A stretch of DNA of 64,000 nt from Marsupella aquatica (taxonomy: Eukaryota > Plantae > Marchantiophyta), in NCBI GenBank assembly GCA_973895155.1, contig OZ316893.1, positions 16,212,645 through 16,276,644 on the forward strand, given 5' to 3'. The translations under genes were made by a program, and so were the position numbers. This document shows positions 60,332 to 64,000 of this stretch, one piece after another. Each line of letters starts with the position of its first letter. Within the stretch, counting starts at the first letter, position 1. The notes beneath the pieces were generated by a model, which worked only from the letters and a program-made list of their open reading frames with translations, was not told the DNA's origin and ran no database searches.

Positions 60332-61402
60332 TCAGGGAGGAGGACTGCTGCTGAAGTAATGCATGGAGAGGAGGGGAGTGGAGCACTTACAAAATTGGCC
60401 TTGAGACACTATGATCCACCTTGCCCCATTCTGTGAGTAACCTTTGGCCTTGTTGTTACTCTCAGCAGAGCTTTCATTAGCCAGGATGGTGGGTCTCCAA
60501 GCAGGGATGATTTTGCAGACCATTCTTCAAGTTCCTAATGTATGGGTGCAGTATTCACCATCTCTCCTTGTTGAATCTTCTTCTGAGCTACTTGAATTTC
60601 AGCTTCCCAGCGTTGTGTGGCTTGCCAAGCTCAAACCTGCAACTCTTCTTCAAGCCAAGCACATGCACCAATCATCCTTAGGAATCTCACCAGTTGGGCT
60701 TCCACCTTTCCAGATCACCTCCTCATCCAGTTTGCATTCAACCAGGTACTTTTGCATCTTCTCTCATACATGATTTTGCATGTCTGCAAGTGAGACTAAG
60801 ATCTTTTTGTTTAAGAATCGATCATCCACAAATGACCCATTCAAAAATCTCTCTTTGATTTGCTCTCGAATTTGAAATCTCTCATCCTGCTTCTTCTTCC
60901 CCCAGTAGTCCATCGGGCCAAAATGAGACCTCACAATCTGCCTAACTTGACTCCCAAACAAATGATAACTCCTGGAGAGTGGAGGACCTCCCTCATTTAG
61001 AAACAATTTTGGCCTCTTGGCCCCGCTCTTGGCCCTATCCTCTGCCTTCTTTCGTTCCTCTTGAATTCTTTGTTGTTATGCAGCTCGAGCCTCCCTCCTT
61101 AGGCTCTTCTCCTTTTGTCATGGAGATAGGGCTTCCACTGGCCTCTCTCTCTCATCCTCCCTAGTGCTACGTTTCCTCTTCCTCTGCAATCTCTCCTCCT
61201 CGAGTCTGGCTTGGAAAGCTTTTTCTGCATCAGTGATGGCTACCTTGTGGGATGTGTCGATCAGTCCTTGAGTGAGCTGAGCTACCTGCAATGCAACCTC
61301 CGGCAAGAGCCCCACCTTCTCCCTAAACAATTGAGCCATGACTTCACTATAGCTGCTTGATGGCCCGGCACCATCTCCCATCCCTCCCGCATTCCTTTCC
61401 AT
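60332..61402 (-). pseudogene. Decayed accessory gene of the CACTA element (possibly TnpA-like), with a basic NLS-like stretch
   Basis: ORFs 61118-61402 and 60764-61006 are in one frame, separated by stops. Contains RKRKRS. Divergent from the gene at 62467. Confidence 0.4.
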
Positions 61403-62466
61403 CGCTACAAGCTCCGCAAAGGTGTCGTGAAATGCTCCCGATGCTCATCCCGACTAGAGTGCCTTCGCACTTTAGTCAGGTGACCTAAAAACCCAAAACG
61501 CATAACATCCAATACTTTTTGCATCGGAATTTCCGATTCTAGGTCAATCGGACTAAGTATAGGACCCCTCCTCCAAAGTATCGAACTTAACCCTGCCAAT
61601 GTGTTTTCTGATGGTTTTTGAATGGCATGACCTTGGCATTTGGACTTTGGCATTTGGATCCCATGTATACTATAATTTCCCCTTGTATGTTTGTTGGGGA
61701 TTAATTATGCTATATTGTGGGCTTATTAGGTGTGCGGCGCAAAACGGGCATATCAACGTACAGTTGCCATGACAAAGCTAGCACACTATGTTTTGATGGG
61801 TATGGGTGATCATTGAATGTATGTACCCAGTTTACATCTATTTTCAGTTTGATTTAAAATGATTCCCATTTTGACCATGAGGCAATGCTATATGCATGGT
61901 GCAACTTTTGGGCACTATAAGAAGTCACAAATTAAATTAACACTCTAGTGCCGTTTTGTGCCGTTTTGTATTTTTTGTTTTTGGAGGGTCAGGTCGTTGC
62001 TTTTCCTTGGTTTTCTTAGTAGGGTTTATTTTTGCCAATGCATTATGCACAGCGAGAGTCCGCGCATCCAAAAGGTATGACATGATCCTCTAAAATGTAT
62101 TGGAAATATTTGACATGATATATGCGTTACTTGTGGGAGTTTATAATTGGACATCCAACTTGTCATTGATTTTTATTAATTTCATTAATTATTGGTTTGT
62201 TACTAAGGTTTGCATGTATGTCATCTCATCTTTCAACTTCCCCACCTAGCCTATATGTGCAGGTTTTTTGGATTGGCCTTAGCATATAGTCTAAGGCTTG
62301 GAGCCTAGTAGGCACTGTAGAGCGCGGATATCATTCAGATACTAATTAAGTCCAACACCGCAAATTATTAACATACTATATATTTCCTGTTTGGGTTTAC
62401 CTCAAGTTAGGGTGATGAATCAATCTTGCATTTTGGTAAAGACTTGTTGTGTGTAATTGGCAGACA

Positions 62467-63769
62467 ATGTCAACTTCTGAGAGTTTGGATACAGATTCCA
62501 ACTCTGACTTGTCTTCCTCTGAGGGGGACATTCCTCCTCCCCCTCAACATCCTCGAGCACCCCCTCCATTAGGCCCTATTCCATGCTGGTGTGTTAGATG
62601 TAAAGGACTGGTGGTGCGTCAAGCGTGGCAGTCCATTGAACACATCGAAAACTATGGTCGACATGAGGGTGATTTACCAGGATATTCAGCTCGCCAGGTA
62701 TTGCTTGACATGAACTCCGCTATATATGATACACTATCATAATAGTTGGCTGGTTTGAGACCTTTTAGGAGACAAGTATTAATTTTTGTTTGTTTATGAT
62801 TGAATAGGTGCCTTGTAGGGCCCGTCCTCCATTGGTCTCTAGTCAGCTAATGCATGATGCATTTCTAGCTGGTGCTAGACAGTTGCTTGCATCATCAGTT
62901 GAACACCCTGAGCAATCATGTACCCCCGCACATGTTCAGGAAGATGTTGTTTGTGAACCCACAGTGGTAGAGTTGGAGCATGGTAGGGATGATGCACCGC
63001 CCCCTACTAGGGTTCTACGCACAAGACCACATTCTCATAGACGTCAACAACAGCATGTAGTTCTAGACATAGACCCATCCCATGAGCACTTCAGAAGCAG
63101 TGTTATGCCTCCACCAGGGGAGGAGTACATAAAAGTTGAAGGGAGGTTGGGCTTATCATATGTGACGGGAAAGACAATCAGTGTCTTCAAGGATTTTGAC
63201 CCTAAGAGTTTTGCGATTCCTCGTGGCCTAGCCATTGATATCCCTGTACATATATGGGGTCGGCAATGGATAGTGAAGGCATTGACCCTTGGCGGGGAGG
63301 TTGGATTAGGCTATTTGCTTTGGAGGACATTGAGGTCCCTCCAAAGCCTTGGCGTCGTGGCTATGATGGGGAACACCTTTTCCCTTACATTGGGTCTGTG
63401 TATACATCCAAGAGTTGGAACATCCTCTTGCGCCAACATCCAGTTTGGGGGGTATATGCATTGCAGACGGACTCTCACCCAGATGAGGTCCTAAGGAGGC
63501 CTTGGCATTGTAGGATAATTGATGGGGACCCTGTGCGTTCAGATAACATAGTTGGGTACATCAATAGTACACATGGTAGAGGGAGTGGACTCCAGCCTAA
63601 TGTAGAGTGGGCTCAGATTTTTGGCCCACCCACTCCGCCTTACTATGTCACACATATGGATGATCATGTTATGACAATAGCCATACGGACCATTAGGGCG
63701 AGTGATGAGTTGTTTTGTGACTATGAGTGGGACGCACCCAAGATGGGCATTCGATCTGGCCACACTTAG
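62467..63769 (+). pseudogene. Spliced gene: CACTA transposase-associated Zn motif plus SET domain (one frameshift); probably continues past the window
   Basis: Exon 62467-62697 with IPCWCVRCKG..IEHIENYG. Phase-0 GT-AG intron 62698-62807. SET motifs GLG|LFALEDI, FPYIG, IIDG..NIVGYINS, QPNV, AIRTIRASDELFCDY. 1-bp frameshift near 63310. A further exon may start near 63941. Confidence 0.75.
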
Positions 63770-64000
63770 CACATATGTGTATTCCCCATTTTTGAAGTAA
63801 TATAAGAATATTGTATTTTTTTAGGAATCCATGGGCTAACTCAAATGTATATATCCGTTTCGTGCGTTGTATGATAGAATGCATATGTTGAGCCGGATGT
63901 TGGGGTGTTACCACGAGCTATGCGCCAACACCTTGTTCAGGCCATAGAAGATTGGCGACATGCCTCTCTACCACCAGATGGCGATCTGGATGTTCCAGAG

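Larger units (their letters stand above)
54243..64000 (+). mobile_element. Large CACTA element starting at 54243, probably running off the window
   Basis: TIR CACTAGTACA at 54243. ATCGG/CCGAT repeats to about 54700, again near 60150-60270 and 61520-61560. The internal extent is inferred. Confidence 0.6.

Overview
This is a eukaryotic, transposon-dense window with no confidently recognisable host gene. The element families suggest a non-seed land plant, probably a moss or other bryophyte (inference). It is a deep nest of LTR retrotransposons (Ty3/Gypsy; Ty1/Copia including Bianca-type), CACTA elements, a Helitron, MULE-like and Sola-like transposase pseudogenes, and LINE scraps. The main result is that three different mobile elements carry apparent chromatin or DNA-modifying domains. 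(1) A Gypsy element (about 15.0-29.8 kb, minus strand) has a polyprotein ordered Gag-protease-DNMT3-like C5 cytosine methyltransferase-RT-RNase H-integrase-PHD finger. (2) A CACTA-linked spliced gene (62.5-63.8 kb) joins a transposase-associated Zn motif to a SET domain. (3) A spliced gene (49.2-52.7 kb) lying between two transposase genes combines a ParB/Srx-like motif with a degenerate beta-class N4-C/N6-A methyltransferase-like C-terminus. The two halves of one Sola-like transposase lie 21 kb apart on opposite strands, each abutting a CACTA terminus, which implies a CACTA-mediated inversion. All domain calls were made by eye from motifs; no searches were run.
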